Counted from the stretch's first letter, positions 18,952-29,974 are shown. The stretch is DNA of 64,000 bases from Candidatus Woesearchaeota archaeon (GCA_023898345.1 CP060218.1:767777-831776), one strand, 5' to 3'. Made by a program: numbers and translations. Notes: generated by a model from the sequence alone, not told the origin.

Positions 18952-20094
18952 ATGGACTACAAACAACAAAGCATAGCCCTTCACAAGCAGTACAAAGGAA
19001 AACTAAACATTTGCAGCAAAGTTCCCATCGACAATAAGTTCGACCTTTCAGTAGCATACAGCCCGGGAGTTGCAGGACCTTGCCTTGAAATACAAGCACA
19101 CCCTGAACAAGCAAAAGAACTTCTCTCTGCAAAAAGCACCGTCGCCGTCATAACAGATGGAACAGCTGTACTTGGACTTGGAGATATTGGACCCGAAGCT
19201 GGTCTTCCCGTAATGGAAGGAAAATGTGCACTCTTCAAACGCTTTGGAAATGTTGATGCCTTTCCCATTGCCATAAACAGTAAGGACACAGAAGAAATCA
19301 TTCAAACAATAAAGTTAATTGCTCCAAGTTTTGGCGGAATTAATTTAGAAGATATTGCAGCACCACGTTGTTTTGAAATTGAAGAACGACTCAAAAAAGA
19401 ATTAGACATCCCGATTTTTCATGACGACCAGCACGGAACAGCAATAGTAACTTTAGCAGGACTCATCAACGCAATCAAAGTCACAGAAAAAAGTACAGAC
19501 GCAAAAGTTGTTATCAACGGAGCAGGGGCCGCCGGAATAGCAATTGCAAAACTTCTTCATCTTTACGGATTTGACAACATGATTCTTTGTGACAGTAAAG
19601 GAATAATTAGCAAGCACAGAGAAGATCTCAACGAAGCAAAAAAGGAAGCACTCACTTTTTCAAACGAATATCACATGCAAGGATCTGTACACGACGCGCT
19701 CAAAGGAGCAGACATTTTCGTTGGCGTCTCAAAAGGTAATCTCCTCAAAGTAGAAGACATACAAAGCATGAACAGAAATCCAATTATTATGGCAATGGCA
19801 AACCCAGATCCAGAAATTACGCCAGATGAAGCAAAGAAAGGAGGAGCAGCAATTGTCGCAACTGGCCGCTCGGATTACCCAAACCAGATTAACAATGTCT
19901 TAGTTTTCCCCGGAATTTTCAAAGGAGCATTTGAAAGTAACGCAAAAGAAATTTCTGATGAAATGAAACTCGCAGCTGCCAAAGGACTCGCAAGCCTCGT
20001 ACAAAACCCAAGTGCTGACAAAATCATTCCCGATCCCTTTGACGCTGGCATTGCTGAAGCTATCGCAAAGGCTGTGAAAGATGCTGTGAAGTAG
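18952..20094 (+). CDS. NAD(P)-dependent malic enzyme (short form)
   Basis: VAVITDGTAVLGLGDIGPEAGLPVMEGKCALFK and GAGAAGIAIAKLL dinucleotide fold; ATG 18952 preferred. Confidence 0.8.
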   Translation: MDYKQQSIALHKQYKGKLNICSKVPIDNKFDLSVAYSPGVAGPCLEIQAHPEQAKELLSAKSTVAVITDGTAVLGLGDIGPEAGLPVMEGKCALFKRFGNVDAFPIAINSKDTEEIIQTIKLIAPSFGGINLEDIAAPRCFEIEERLKKELDIPIFHDDQHGTAIVTLAGLINAIKVTEKSTDAKVVINGAGAAGIAIAKLLHLYGFDNMILCDSKGIISKHREDLNEAKKEALTFSNEYHMQGSVHDALKGADIFVGVSKGNLLKVEDIQSMNRNPIIMAMANPDPEITPDEAKKGGAAIVATGRSDYPNQINNVLVFPGIFKGAFESNAKEISDEMKLAAAKGLASLVQNPSADKIIPDPFDAGIAEAIAKAVKDAVK

Positions 20095-20105
20095 ATCAAA
20101 AGAAA

Positions 20106-21284
20106 ATGTCTGCAAGTATTGATCCCATTCTTCCTCTTCTTATTACCATTTCACTTTCCATAGTTTTTATTAGTCTTCTCTTAAAAAAATTCAAACAACC
20201 TCTGGTTATTGCCTATATTATTGCAGGTCTTCTCATAGGTCCTTATGGACTTGGACTCCTAACAGATATTAGCACTATCACTCATCTTGGAAACATAGGG
20301 GTTGTTCTTCTTCTTTTTTTTATTGGAATGGAAGTAAACTTAAAGAAACTGCTTTCAAACTGGAAAGTTGCTCTTATTGGAACACTTTTTCAAATCTGTT
20401 TGAGTGTTTTCTTTGTTTATCTTTTTTCTCTTTGGACAAACTGGGAATTGAAAAGAATTCTTTTTCTCGGCTTTGCTATAAGTCTTAGCAGTACAGCTGT
20501 CGTTCTCAAAATTCTGGAGGAATACTCTGAACTCGGTTCAAAAACAGGACAAAATGTTTTGAGTATCTTACTTGTTCAAGATATTGCAATTGTGCCGATG
20601 CTTCTTATTCTTTCTTTTCTAGGTGGAGAAAAAATAAGTTATACTGATATCATAATCGAATGTATTGGTGCAGTCATCATTATTCTTTTTGTCATTTGGC
20701 TAATTAAAAAAGAAAATATTAAACTTCCCTTTTCTGCAACTATCAAAAAAGATCATGATTTGCAAATATTTTGGGCTTTACTTCTTTGCTTTGGGTTTGC
20801 CCTTATAACTGGCCTTTTTGGTCTTTCAACTGCATTGGGAGCATTTATTGCAGGAATTGTTTTAGGAAGTGCTAAGGAAACTAAATGGGTTATACAAAAT
20901 CTCCATCCTTTTTATATCTTGTTAGTTGCACTCTTTTTTCTCTCGGTTGGAATGCTTTTAGATCTGACGTTCATCCTAGAAAATTATGTAGTCATTTCAA
21001 CTCTCGTTGTTGGTGTTTTTTTGACAAACACTCTTATTAATGCAATAATTCTTAAAGTTCTTAAAAATTCCTGGAAAGAAAGTTTTTATGGTGGTGCTTT
21101 GCTCTCCGAGATTGGGGAATTCAGCTTTGTCCTTAGTGCAGTTGCTTCAAGTCTTGGTATTATTTCAACTTTTGGGTACAACTTAACAATCTCGGTTATT
21201 GCTCTTACTCTTTTATTCAGCCCTCTTTGGATTGCCATGTTTAGAAAGATTCTCTTAATTCACACGCGAAAAAATGAAAATTAA
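20106..21284 (+). CDS. Cation:proton antiporter (CPA/Kef-type)
   Basis: About 12 TM helices, typical CPA2 N-terminal region IAYIIAGLLIGPYGLG. Confidence 0.7.
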   Translation: MSASIDPILPLLITISLSIVFISLLLKKFKQPLVIAYIIAGLLIGPYGLGLLTDISTITHLGNIGVVLLLFFIGMEVNLKKLLSNWKVALIGTLFQICLSVFFVYLFSLWTNWELKRILFLGFAISLSSTAVVLKILEEYSELGSKTGQNVLSILLVQDIAIVPMLLILSFLGGEKISYTDIIIECIGAVIIILFVIWLIKKENIKLPFSATIKKDHDLQIFWALLLCFGFALITGLFGLSTALGAFIAGIVLGSAKETKWVIQNLHPFYILLVALFFLSVGMLLDLTFILENYVVISTLVVGVFLTNTLINAIILKVLKNSWKESFYGGALLSEIGEFSFVLSAVASSLGIISTFGYNLTISVIALTLLFSPLWIAMFRKILLIHTRKNEN

Positions 21285-21831
21285 AAAAAAACTCAGAGGA
21301 AAACGTATTCATTTACAAATAATGGATGCATCTATAGAAAACGCAGAAAAAAAATTTTTAGAAGTTGATAGGAATAGGGCACATCTTCAACCTTGGCTAG
21401 AATGGGTAGATGAAACAAAAAGAATTGAAGATTCACTGCGCCATCTGTTTGCTTGTGAAAGTGAAAGAAAAAAAGGGAAAAAAATAGAATATGGAATATA
21501 TTTAAAAAAAAAATATATTGGAAATATTGGAGTTTTTGACATTAGTAAAAAACATAAATCTGCTGAAATTGGATATTGGCTTTCAAAAGATTTTATAGGC
21601 AATGGATACATGAAAGAAGCTGTTGAACTTGTTGAGAACTATTTCTTTGAAAGCTCTTTTCTACATCGTTTACAGATAAAATGTGATGAAAAAAATCTGG
21701 CTTCTGCTGCCGTTGCCCGAGCTTGTGGGTATCAACTTGAAGGAATTTTACGAGGAGAGAGTTGGAACCCTTATAGCCAAAGCTTCAGGAATACTTGTGT
21801 TTTTTCAAAATTAGTATCTGACCACAAGTGA
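21274..21831 (+). CDS. GNAT-family N-acetyltransferase
   Basis: RimL-like architecture, IGYWLSKDFIGNGYMKEA motif region. Confidence 0.55.
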   Translation: MKIKKKLRGKRIHLQIMDASIENAEKKFLEVDRNRAHLQPWLEWVDETKRIEDSLRHLFACESERKKGKKIEYGIYLKKKYIGNIGVFDISKKHKSAEIGYWLSKDFIGNGYMKEAVELVENYFFESSFLHRLQIKCDEKNLASAAVARACGYQLEGILRGESWNPYSQSFRNTCVFSKLVSDHK

Positions 21832-21844
21832 AAAATCTCACTTT

Positions 21845-23779
21845 CTACTCTTTTTTCCCTTCAAGTTCAGCTTTCATCTCTTCCATTTCATCACGCAGAC
21901 GAATCGCTTCCTCAAACTTCAACTCTTCCGCAGCGCGTTTCATTCTCGCTTCAAGTTCAGCAACTCTTTTCTCCACATCCTCGCGCGCCAAATGTTTAGT
22001 TCCCTTAATCGAACGCTTTTGTTCAGAAACAGACTTCAAAACAGTTCGCGGTACAATGCCATGCTTTTCGTTAAAGACCATCTGCGCCCTGCGTCTGAAC
22101 TTTGTTTTTTCCATTGCCATTCTCATGGAATGCGTAACTTTGTCGGCGTACATAATAACATGCCCTTTTGCATTTCTTGCTGCTCTTCCGATTGTTTGGA
22201 TAAGAGAACGTTCGTTTCTGAGGTAGCCTTCTTTGTCGGCGTCCAAAATGCACACCAAAGAAACTTCTGGAATGTCTAGTCCTTCTCTCAAAAGATTAAT
22301 CCCCACAAGAATATCATATTCATGAGCACGAAGCTGACGGATAAGCTCAATTCTGTCGAGCGACTCTATGTCGGAGTGCATATATCGAACACGAAGACCT
22401 TCCTTTGCAAGAAATTGCGTAAGACTCTCTGCCATTTTTTTTGTAAGGACAGTGAGTAAAACTCTCTCTCCTTCTGCAATTCTCTTCTTACTTTCAGCAA
22501 TCAAATCCTTAATTTGTCCTTCAATTTTGCGAACTTCAACTTCTGGATCAAGCAAACCCGTCGGACGAATAATTTGTTCAACAAGCTGTCCAGAACTCCC
22601 AATCTCATAATCTCCCGGAGTTGCAGAAACAAAAATAGTGTGCTGAAAATACTTTTCAAATTCTTCAAATTTCAAAGGCCGATTGTCAAAAGCAGAAGGA
22701 AGCCGAAAACCATAGCGAATCAAATTATCTTTTCGGGAGAAGTCTCCTTTGTACATGGCATGCGCCTGCGGAATAGTCTGGTGTGACTCGTCAATAACGA
22801 GAAGAAAGTCTTTGGGAAAATAATCCAAAAGACAGTACGGAGGCTCGCCTTCCTTTCTCCTATCAAAATGACGAGAGTAATTTTCAATGCCAGTACAATA
22901 ACCAACTTCCTTAATCATTTCAAGATCGTACTTTACTCTTTTTCGCAAACGCTCAGATTCAAGAAGAGGAAGCTCTTGCAAACGCTCCTTAAGTTCAGCT
23001 TCTATATCCGCAAAAGCAGCGTCATGGCGACTTTCATCAAAAACAAATTGTTTAGCAGGATAAAAAATAAAAGAATCCAAACTTGCTATTTTCTCACCAG
23101 TTACAGAATCAATCTCCGACAAAGCTTCAACTTCGTCCCCAAAAAACTCCACACGAATTATTTGATTGTCGTATCCCGGAATCACATCAATAGTGTCTCC
23201 TCTTACCCGAAAACGTCCAGACTCCAAAAAAGAATCATTGCGTTCATAGAGCATTTTCACGAGCATCATCATAAAAGCAGTTCTCCCAATATTCTGCCCG
23301 ACAGACAAAGCAGCACTAAGCGCCTTAAAATCATGGGGATTACCAGCACCGTAAATACAAGAAATAGAAGCAACAACTATCACATCATTTCTTGAAAGTA
23401 AAGAAGAAACAGCTCGCAAACGCATCTTTTCAATTTCAGCATTTACCTGAGCTTCCTTCTCAATGTAGGTGTCTGTTGTCGGCAAGTAACTTTCAGGTTG
23501 GTAATAATCATAGTAAGAAATAAAATATTCTACGCGATTTTCAGGAAAAAATTCTTTGAGCTCTGCATACAACTGAGCCGCCAAAGTTTTATTGTGAGCC
23601 AGAACAAGTGTAGGCCTTTGAACTTTCTCAATAACATTAGCGACGACAAAGGTTTTTCCCGAACCCGTAATACCAAGCAAAGTCTGTCGAGGATGCAAGG
23701 AGAAGCCTTCAAAGAGTTTCTTAATCGCTTCTGGCTGTCCCCCTGCTGCTTTGTAGCGCGCATGAAGTTTGAAATCCAT
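21845..23779 (-). CDS. uvrB: Excinuclease ABC subunit B
   Basis: GITGSGKTF Walker A, helicase motifs, C-terminal UVR domain EELKFEEAIRLRDEM. Confidence 0.9.
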   Translation of the reverse strand: MDFKLHARYKAAGGQPEAIKKLFEGFSLHPRQTLLGITGSGKTFVVANVIEKVQRPTLVLAHNKTLAAQLYAELKEFFPENRVEYFISYYDYYQPESYLPTTDTYIEKEAQVNAEIEKMRLRAVSSLLSRNDVIVVASISCIYGAGNPHDFKALSAALSVGQNIGRTAFMMMLVKMLYERNDSFLESGRFRVRGDTIDVIPGYDNQIIRVEFFGDEVEALSEIDSVTGEKIASLDSFIFYPAKQFVFDESRHDAAFADIEAELKERLQELPLLESERLRKRVKYDLEMIKEVGYCTGIENYSRHFDRRKEGEPPYCLLDYFPKDFLLVIDESHQTIPQAHAMYKGDFSRKDNLIRYGFRLPSAFDNRPLKFEEFEKYFQHTIFVSATPGDYEIGSSGQLVEQIIRPTGLLDPEVEVRKIEGQIKDLIAESKKRIAEGERVLLTVLTKKMAESLTQFLAKEGLRVRYMHSDIESLDRIELIRQLRAHEYDILVGINLLREGLDIPEVSLVCILDADKEGYLRNERSLIQTIGRAARNAKGHVIMYADKVTHSMRMAMEKTKFRRRAQMVFNEKHGIVPRTVLKSVSEQKRSIKGTKHLAREDVEKRVAELEARMKRAAEELKFEEAIRLRDEMEEMKAELEGKKE

Positions 23780-23833
23780 AAAGAAACAAAGGAAGTAAGC
23801 TTTTTAAAGTCATCTCTATAACCAAAAAAGTAG

Positions 23834-23908
23834 GAGCTAGTAGCTCAGCTTGGTTAGAGCGACGGACTCTTAATCCGTAGGCCGCGAGTTCGAATCTCGT
23901 CTAGCTCA
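23834..23908 (+). tRNA. tRNA-Lys (anticodon CUU)
   Basis: Manual fold: acceptor GAGCTAG/CTAGCTC, D-arm GCTC..GAGC, anticodon stem ACGGA/TCCGT with loop CTCTTAA, T-arm GCGAG-TTCGAAT-CTCGT. Confidence 0.85.
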
Positions 23909-23928
23909 TTAAAAAATTCTCCTTATGC

Positions 23929-24561
23929 TTATTCAACCTTCTCAAAGATTTTCTGTAAAAAAGCTCCAAATTTTCCTTTAGGTTTTTCGGTCTCTTTTTT
24001 CTCTATTTTAGGAGCAACGGGAAGCTCTTCTTCTTTGTCCTCCTCATCTTCACTGTCATAATGTTCTTCAATAACAGGTTCAGAACGCAGATTCCCTGTT
24101 TTCGGATCAATGTTTGGAATGATGTCATTTCCTACACTTCTTGTTTTCCTCGGAGTAAATCTTTCAAGTTCTCCTTCGTCTTCGTCATAATACTCGTTTT
24201 TTGTAGTACTTTTTTGTGGTGTAGCAGAAATAGTCTCAAAGGTAATAGGAATTATTTTCTCTCTTTGTCCTTTTGGGCATACCTTATGAATTTCTAGCAT
24301 CTCTGGCGTTGGTGGACTCATACAAATAACTTGGATGGAACAAGAGGAAATATCAAAACCGCTGTGCATAATCTGAAAATTTTCTGAAATAATATAATCG
24401 ACATAGGTTTTCAATTTGTGTGTAAAAAGCTTATATCGTTCTGAAGGGTCAGTAATGCTCCCTGAATCAAGAATTTTAAAAATCAAAATTTGCCCATCCT
24501 CAGACTCGCTGATAACATCAATTTTGCTTGTATGTTCGAGTGTCATACTACCCTTAAGCAA
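23929..24561 (-). CDS. Hypothetical protein with acidic C-terminal tail
   Basis: ORF only; no recognisable motif. Confidence 0.35.
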   Translation of the reverse strand: MLKGSMTLEHTSKIDVISESEDGQILIFKILDSGSITDPSERYKLFTHKLKTYVDYIISENFQIMHSGFDISSCSIQVICMSPPTPEMLEIHKVCPKGQREKIIPITFETISATPQKSTTKNEYYDEDEGELERFTPRKTRSVGNDIIPNIDPKTGNLRSEPVIEEHYDSEDEEDKEEELPVAPKIEKKETEKPKGKFGAFLQKIFEKVE

Positions 24562-24594
24562 AGCTGATTTTATAAAGTTTCTGCCTCTTTTTTC

Positions 24595-25530
24595 TTACTT
24601 CTTTGCGGCTGCTTTGCGCAAGCGATTCATGACTGCTTCCCCAAAACCTTTTTCTTCTATCTCTTGAACAAAAATAATTTTGTGTCCTTTGGCATCAGCG
24701 CTTCTAAAATCTGCAAAAAGAGAATGGGCCATTTCTTCTGCATTGGAATATACTAAAACAAGGGGACTTTCTTTTTGTTTTTTTGCTAGAAGTTCTCTTA
24801 TGTCTTTCTCTTCTTTGAAAAGGATAACTTTGGCTTTTGGTGAGTAATGTTTATACTTCATTCCTGGCGATTTATATTCTTCGAGTTTAGTTGTCTTTGT
24901 CGTGATGCTGCCAATACTCTTTTCAATCTCCTCTTTTGTTATTTTCCCCGGACGTAAAAGGGTTGGTGGCTCTGTTGTCATGTCTATTACTGTTGACTCT
25001 ATTCCTATGGGCACTTGACCTCCGTCTAAAATACAGGAAATTTTTCCCCTTAAATCTTCTCTGACGTGCTCTGCCTTTGTCGGGCTGGGTCTGCCTGAAA
25101 GATTTGCTGATGGCGCCACAATTGGAACATTTGCTTCTCTTAGTAAGGCAAGTGCACAAGGATGAGATGGCATACGCAGGGCAACATAGGGCAGATTTGC
25201 ACTGACTATTGCGGGAACAACTTCTTTTTTTTCAAAAATAATGGTCAGAGGTCCTGGCCAAAATGTTTTCATTAATATTTTGCTTTTCTCAGAAATATAA
25301 GTTACCAATTCTTGGATTTGCTCTTCTTTAGCAATATGTACTATAAGGGGATTATCTTGGGGTCTTTTCTTTACTTGAAAAATTTTCATAACTGCTTCTG
25401 GATCCAAAGCATTGGCTCCTAGCCCGTACACGGTCTCTGTTGGAAAAGCAACTAGGTTTCCTTGTACGAGTAACTTTGCTGCCTGTTTCAGAGAGCCTCT
25501 TTCAGAACAAGAAAAGATTGATGTTTTCAT
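24595..25530 (-). CDS. L-threonylcarbamoyladenylate synthase (Sua5/YrdC family)
   Basis: YrdC-like N-domain FPTETVYGLGANA plus Sua5 C-terminal domain. Confidence 0.8.
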   Translation of the reverse strand: MKTSIFSCSERGSLKQAAKLLVQGNLVAFPTETVYGLGANALDPEAVMKIFQVKKRPQDNPLIVHIAKEEQIQELVTYISEKSKILMKTFWPGPLTIIFEKKEVVPAIVSANLPYVALRMPSHPCALALLREANVPIVAPSANLSGRPSPTKAEHVREDLRGKISCILDGGQVPIGIESTVIDMTTEPPTLLRPGKITKEEIEKSIGSITTKTTKLEEYKSPGMKYKHYSPKAKVILFKEEKDIRELLAKKQKESPLVLVYSNAEEMAHSLFADFRSADAKGHKIIFVQEIEEKGFGEAVMNRLRKAAAKK

Positions 25531-25536
25531 AAAAAA

Positions 25537-27621
25537 TTATTCATCAGGAACACAAAGCCAATGATATGTGTATGTATCTGTTGAAGGCGTTCCCGTTTCA
25601 CAATTTCCTCCTCCATGACCAACTGCTTCTGATTTAATCATTGCTTTAAAGTATCTTCCTTGACTATAATATCCTGTTCCAGGAGCTGGTTCTGCAGTAT
25701 ACCCAGCCTTACAATTATATGTCGTATCAAGAGAAGGAGAAACACAAGTTAGTGACTTTGGCTGTGCTTCTTTCTCCTCAGCAGTACAAGTATAGCCACA
25801 AGCACAGCAGCCCCAAAGTTGTTTATAATCTTTTGAATAAGTTACACCATAATTACACTTTGACCTTCCATCTTCACAACCCGCACTAGTGTCGCAATAT
25901 CCTGCAACCTCAGTTGTGGCTTCCCCACACGTATCTTTGTAGTAAAGATTATTGTTGGAGCAAATCTTATCAGAAGTTTTTGTACATTCCTCTGGATCGG
26001 GTTCTAGAATTGGTATGCCGCTATCATCACCGACACCAACACATCCCTCCGGTACAGGTTTACCAGCACAAGCGGTCCCCGTCATATCAAGTTCCCACTC
26101 ATTTTCTCCAACATCTTTTATACAAAGAGACTCATCCAACTCCCCATAAGGTTCCATACACTCTTCCCAATAAGAATCGTCTTCAGTACTCGCAGAACAT
26201 TCATCTGGGACATCCTCTATTGCTAAACAGTAAGAATTGTCTACAAATCTACCTGAAGTTGTAGTTGCACTTTTATTTATACAATAAGGAGTATAATCAG
26301 GAGCAGCACACATCCAGTAAAAGTCAGGGTCATCCTCAATTGCAGAACTGCCACAAACACTCTCGACGGAAGGCTTGGAGCTAGGATTACAAAATTTATC
26401 TTCTCCTAAACGCCCCGTTCCTTTTTCTAAGCAGGCAACTGACTTCCCATCCTCAGCGCAACCCCATTGAAAATCTTGGTGTTCAGTACAAAAACCTTTT
26501 GAAAGAGTTTCACAAAAAGTGTCAGAAACTATCTTGTTATTTTCATCAAGACAAAAATAAGAGGGTGTATTCCCAGAATTAGAATAAGCACACACCCATC
26601 TTACAGAAGTATGACACGCTCCAGCAGCATTAGAACTTTTACGATCCCCATAGACATCAATACATTTTTGTCTATCAATCTCAGATTGTGTCTTCTTATC
26701 AACACATTTGTATGTCGTTGAAAGAGTTCCTCCATTACAGAATTGATTTTTCTTCCATTCGAATGTGATTTCTTCTCCTGCAGAGAAGTCTGTAAAATGA
26801 AGAACATAAGCGCTTGCAATGTTATTTACTTTGTCAACAGTTGTTTCAAGAGAAACCCATTCCCCGTTTTCATAGTATTTTATAACGAGATTATCTTCAT
26901 CAACAACTTCAGCATCAGAATATTTGAAAGATAGCTTTGCTCCGGGAGCCGCAAATTGAGTTCCATCCGGACCAAAGTCATAAACTTCTCCTACAAACAA
27001 AAAATCTCCACCATTTGGAGCTGGTGAACGAGTCACACTTAAGGAAGCAGAAGTCTGACCATTCGGAAAGGTAATTTCTGTTCCTGCTGGAATTTCCAAA
27101 CTAGCATCTGCATGCTCTACAATTTGGACATTCTCAGAATTGGACACAACTGCTCGTGAGGTGTAATCTAAAACTTCAGGACTTAAATATGCCCCTTGCC
27201 CTGCAAATTGATTAAATGTGTCCGTACAACTAATGTTAACTGCGCCATCATCTAATTTGAGAATTTGACAATTATAGCCACCATCAGCCCCTTCACCATT
27301 TTGTAAAATAATTTCATTCGAACTGACTTCACAATCAAATCTTCGACACCCTAAAACTTCTTCTCCCTGTCGCAGACAAAGCTCTTCTTTGTCGTTATTG
27401 TAAATTTCATACTCTGCATTAATTTTTGAAATTTCTAGATTGTAGCTTTGCAAATTTGCAGAGATATCGCAAGTATAGGTAACAAGCTCTTCCATTGCTG
27501 CGAATGCGGCATTCAAATCTTTTTTCTCAAAATCAACTGAAGCATTCTGAAAAGTAAGAATGACGACAACGAGAATCAACAAGATTGCAACAAGACCTGT
27601 AACATTTGATGTTATATTCAT
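25537..27621 (-). CDS. Cysteine-rich secreted/surface protein with N-terminal signal anchor
   Basis: N-terminal hydrophobic segment then a long Cys-rich ectodomain with many paired Cys. Confidence 0.45.
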   Translation of the reverse strand: MNITSNVTGLVAILLILVVVILTFQNASVDFEKKDLNAAFAAMEELVTYTCDISANLQSYNLEISKINAEYEIYNNDKEELCLRQGEEVLGCRRFDCEVSSNEIILQNGEGADGGYNCQILKLDDGAVNISCTDTFNQFAGQGAYLSPEVLDYTSRAVVSNSENVQIVEHADASLEIPAGTEITFPNGQTSASLSVTRSPAPNGGDFLFVGEVYDFGPDGTQFAAPGAKLSFKYSDAEVVDEDNLVIKYYENGEWVSLETTVDKVNNIASAYVLHFTDFSAGEEITFEWKKNQFCNGGTLSTTYKCVDKKTQSEIDRQKCIDVYGDRKSSNAAGACHTSVRWVCAYSNSGNTPSYFCLDENNKIVSDTFCETLSKGFCTEHQDFQWGCAEDGKSVACLEKGTGRLGEDKFCNPSSKPSVESVCGSSAIEDDPDFYWMCAAPDYTPYCINKSATTTSGRFVDNSYCLAIEDVPDECSASTEDDSYWEECMEPYGELDESLCIKDVGENEWELDMTGTACAGKPVPEGCVGVGDDSGIPILEPDPEECTKTSDKICSNNNLYYKDTCGEATTEVAGYCDTSAGCEDGRSKCNYGVTYSKDYKQLWGCCACGYTCTAEEKEAQPKSLTCVSPSLDTTYNCKAGYTAEPAPGTGYYSQGRYFKAMIKSEAVGHGGGNCETGTPSTDTYTYHWLCVPDE

Positions 27622-27644
27622 GTTTTCGTTTGCAAAATAAGAAC

Positions 27645-29072
27645 TTAAAAACTTTTGTCACCACCCCTGTTGCTTTTTCGATTTCTTTTTCTTTGGAGCT
27701 CAAGCCTTATCTTGTAAAATTTCTCAGCCTTTTCCCAATTCTGAATTTTTGAATATAATCGAAAGAGTTCACTCAAGACTTCTTCTTGCTCTTCGTCTTT
27801 TTCAAATATTTTTTCATATTCTGAAATGGCCTTTTTCACTTCTTGTTTTTCTTTGTACATACGGGCAAGTTCCAAATGAGCGGGAATGAACTCAGGATTT
27901 TCTTCAAGGGCTTTTTCTAAATTTTCAAAAGAGGCTGTTATTCTATCTAACTGTTTTAAAATAGTAGCTTTGAGAACGAAGTATTTTGCTTCGTGAGGTG
28001 AAATCTCAAGTGCTGAATTCGTACAGGTAAGAGCTGATTCTAGATCCCCTATTTTCTTTAGAAGAATGGCTTTTTGGTAAAAAACATATGAATTCTTTGG
28101 ATCTAATTCTTGGGCTTTTGAAAAATATTCTAAACTCTCGAAAGTCTTTCCTAACTCTTGAGCAAGCATTCCTGCATAACAAAATGTCATAGCGTCATTT
28201 TTTCCAAGTTCAATTGCCTTTTTTATATCCCAAAGGGCAACTTCAAAAAGTTCTAATTTTCTTCTTTCTCTTGCTCTGTCATAATAGGCATCGGAAAATT
28301 CTGGGTCTAGAAGAATGGCTTTGCTAAAACTACGGACAGCTTCGGTGTGTTTTCCAACTTTCTTATATATTTTTCCAATATAATAATGTTTGCGACTGAG
28401 AACCTTTTTGTCTTGACTGTCTCCTTCTGCTTCTAATTTTTCTTTGTACTGCTGAATTTTATGAAGTGCATTTTTTTCTTCTTTTTCTATTAGTCTTTCT
28501 TCAAATGCTCTTCTTTTTTTTTGTCTTCTTTCTAGTTCTTCTGAATTCACTATTGGTTCTTTCTTTGTAAATAAGGTTCTTGTTGAAATTTTCTCGATGT
28601 TTTCTTTTTCAGCAAGAGAATTAAACTCATGCAGAGTTTTCAGTACGGGAGAATTTTCAGTCTCTTCCTTTACTTCTTCCTTTTTTCTTTCAAATAAAAC
28701 GCGTTTTTTTTCTCCGTCTTTTTCTTCAGATTTACTTAAACTTTCAAGAAGGGTTTTTATTCTTTCAACTTCTTTTTCATATTGTTTTCTTTTGCTTTTA
28801 TTTTGTAAATCTTCCTTGTAAATATGAAGTGCGTCTTCAAGATCTTTCTTTGCTTCTTCTTTCTCTCCTAGTCCTTTGTACGCTAGAGCACGTTTGTAAT
28901 AGATTTCTAAATTATTCTTATCACTTTCAAGGGCTTTATTATATTGTTCAATGGCTCTTGTGTAGTCTCCAATGTAAAGATAGGCATTTGCCTTTGAAAG
29001 ATAAAGGGAACTTAGATTTTCTTTTTTTGTAAGGTTCTTTTCTCGCAACCAAGTAAAAAGAGAAAATGCCAT
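27645..29072 (-). CDS. TPR-repeat protein
   Basis: Repeated TPR-like helical hairpin patterns (AxxYYxxAxxY...G). Confidence 0.6.
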   Translation of the reverse strand: MAFSLFTWLREKNLTKKENLSSLYLSKANAYLYIGDYTRAIEQYNKALESDKNNLEIYYKRALAYKGLGEKEEAKKDLEDALHIYKEDLQNKSKRKQYEKEVERIKTLLESLSKSEEKDGEKKRVLFERKKEEVKEETENSPVLKTLHEFNSLAEKENIEKISTRTLFTKKEPIVNSEELERRQKKRRAFEERLIEKEEKNALHKIQQYKEKLEAEGDSQDKKVLSRKHYYIGKIYKKVGKHTEAVRSFSKAILLDPEFSDAYYDRARERRKLELFEVALWDIKKAIELGKNDAMTFCYAGMLAQELGKTFESLEYFSKAQELDPKNSYVFYQKAILLKKIGDLESALTCTNSALEISPHEAKYFVLKATILKQLDRITASFENLEKALEENPEFIPAHLELARMYKEKQEVKKAISEYEKIFEKDEEQEEVLSELFRLYSKIQNWEKAEKFYKIRLELQRKRNRKSNRGGDKSF

Positions 29073-29073
29073 T

Positions 29074-29889
29074 TTAGGAAAGTGGACTTTTTATTTTTTT
29101 GAGCTGTTCACTACTCACTTTTGTGTAGATTTGTGTTGTCGAAAGATCTGCATGCCCTAATAATTCTTGAATTTTACGTATATCAACTCCTGCTTCCAGA
29201 AGATGCGTTGCAAAAGAGTGTCGCAGTGTGTGAACATGAGCTTCTTTTTGTAGTCCTGCCTTTGTCTTTGCTTTTTGCATGGCGTATTGTACAGACCTTG
29301 GGGTCAGTGGTTCTCCCTTTTTGTTCGTAAATATGAAAGCTGCTGGATCTTTGCCTGCTGCACATTTACTTAAATCGTCTTTGAGAGTATCGGAAAGAAT
29401 TGTTAATCTATCTTTTCCTCCTTTTCCATTACGTACCCAAACAATACCTTCGTTTACATCAAGATCTCTTACTCGAAGATGGATGGCTTCACTGAGTCGT
29501 AACCCGGAGGAATAATAAAGTTTGAGGATGGTTCTTTGTCGAATGTTTGATATGGCTGAGAAAAGTTTGTCGAGCTCTTCTTTGTTCAGAACAACTGGAG
29601 TTGAACGCTTCACCTTGGGGGTTTTAATCTCAAAAGAATTTCCTAGCAGTTCATTATATGTAAAAAGAAGGGCTGCCTTAATCAAACCTAATGTTCGTGG
29701 CGAAAGCTGTTCTTCGGAAATTTTTTCAGCTAGAAATGCTTTGATGTCGTCTTGGGTAATCTGTTTTGGATCTTTTTGTATGAAATCTAAGAAGTGTTTA
29801 TTGTACAAAGAATACATTTTGAGTGTTTGTTTTGAAAATCCTCGGAGCTTGAGTTCCGTTTCTATTGTCTTGAGGATATTTCCTTCCAT
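29074..29889 (-). CDS. Tyrosine recombinase XerA/XerC/XerD-like
   Basis: R..HTLRHSFATHLLEAGVDIRKIQELLGHADLSTTQIYTKV catalytic region. Confidence 0.8.
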   Translation of the reverse strand: MEGNILKTIETELKLRGFSKQTLKMYSLYNKHFLDFIQKDPKQITQDDIKAFLAEKISEEQLSPRTLGLIKAALLFTYNELLGNSFEIKTPKVKRSTPVVLNKEELDKLFSAISNIRQRTILKLYYSSGLRLSEAIHLRVRDLDVNEGIVWVRNGKGGKDRLTILSDTLKDDLSKCAAGKDPAAFIFTNKKGEPLTPRSVQYAMQKAKTKAGLQKEAHVHTLRHSFATHLLEAGVDIRKIQELLGHADLSTTQIYTKVSSEQLKKIKSPLS

Positions 29890-29974
29890 GAAATTCCTGT
29901 TTTCTTTTTCATACTTAAAATATAGGAGTACCTGAACAGTTGTTATTCAGTTTTCAACTTTTTTTCTTTTTTTT

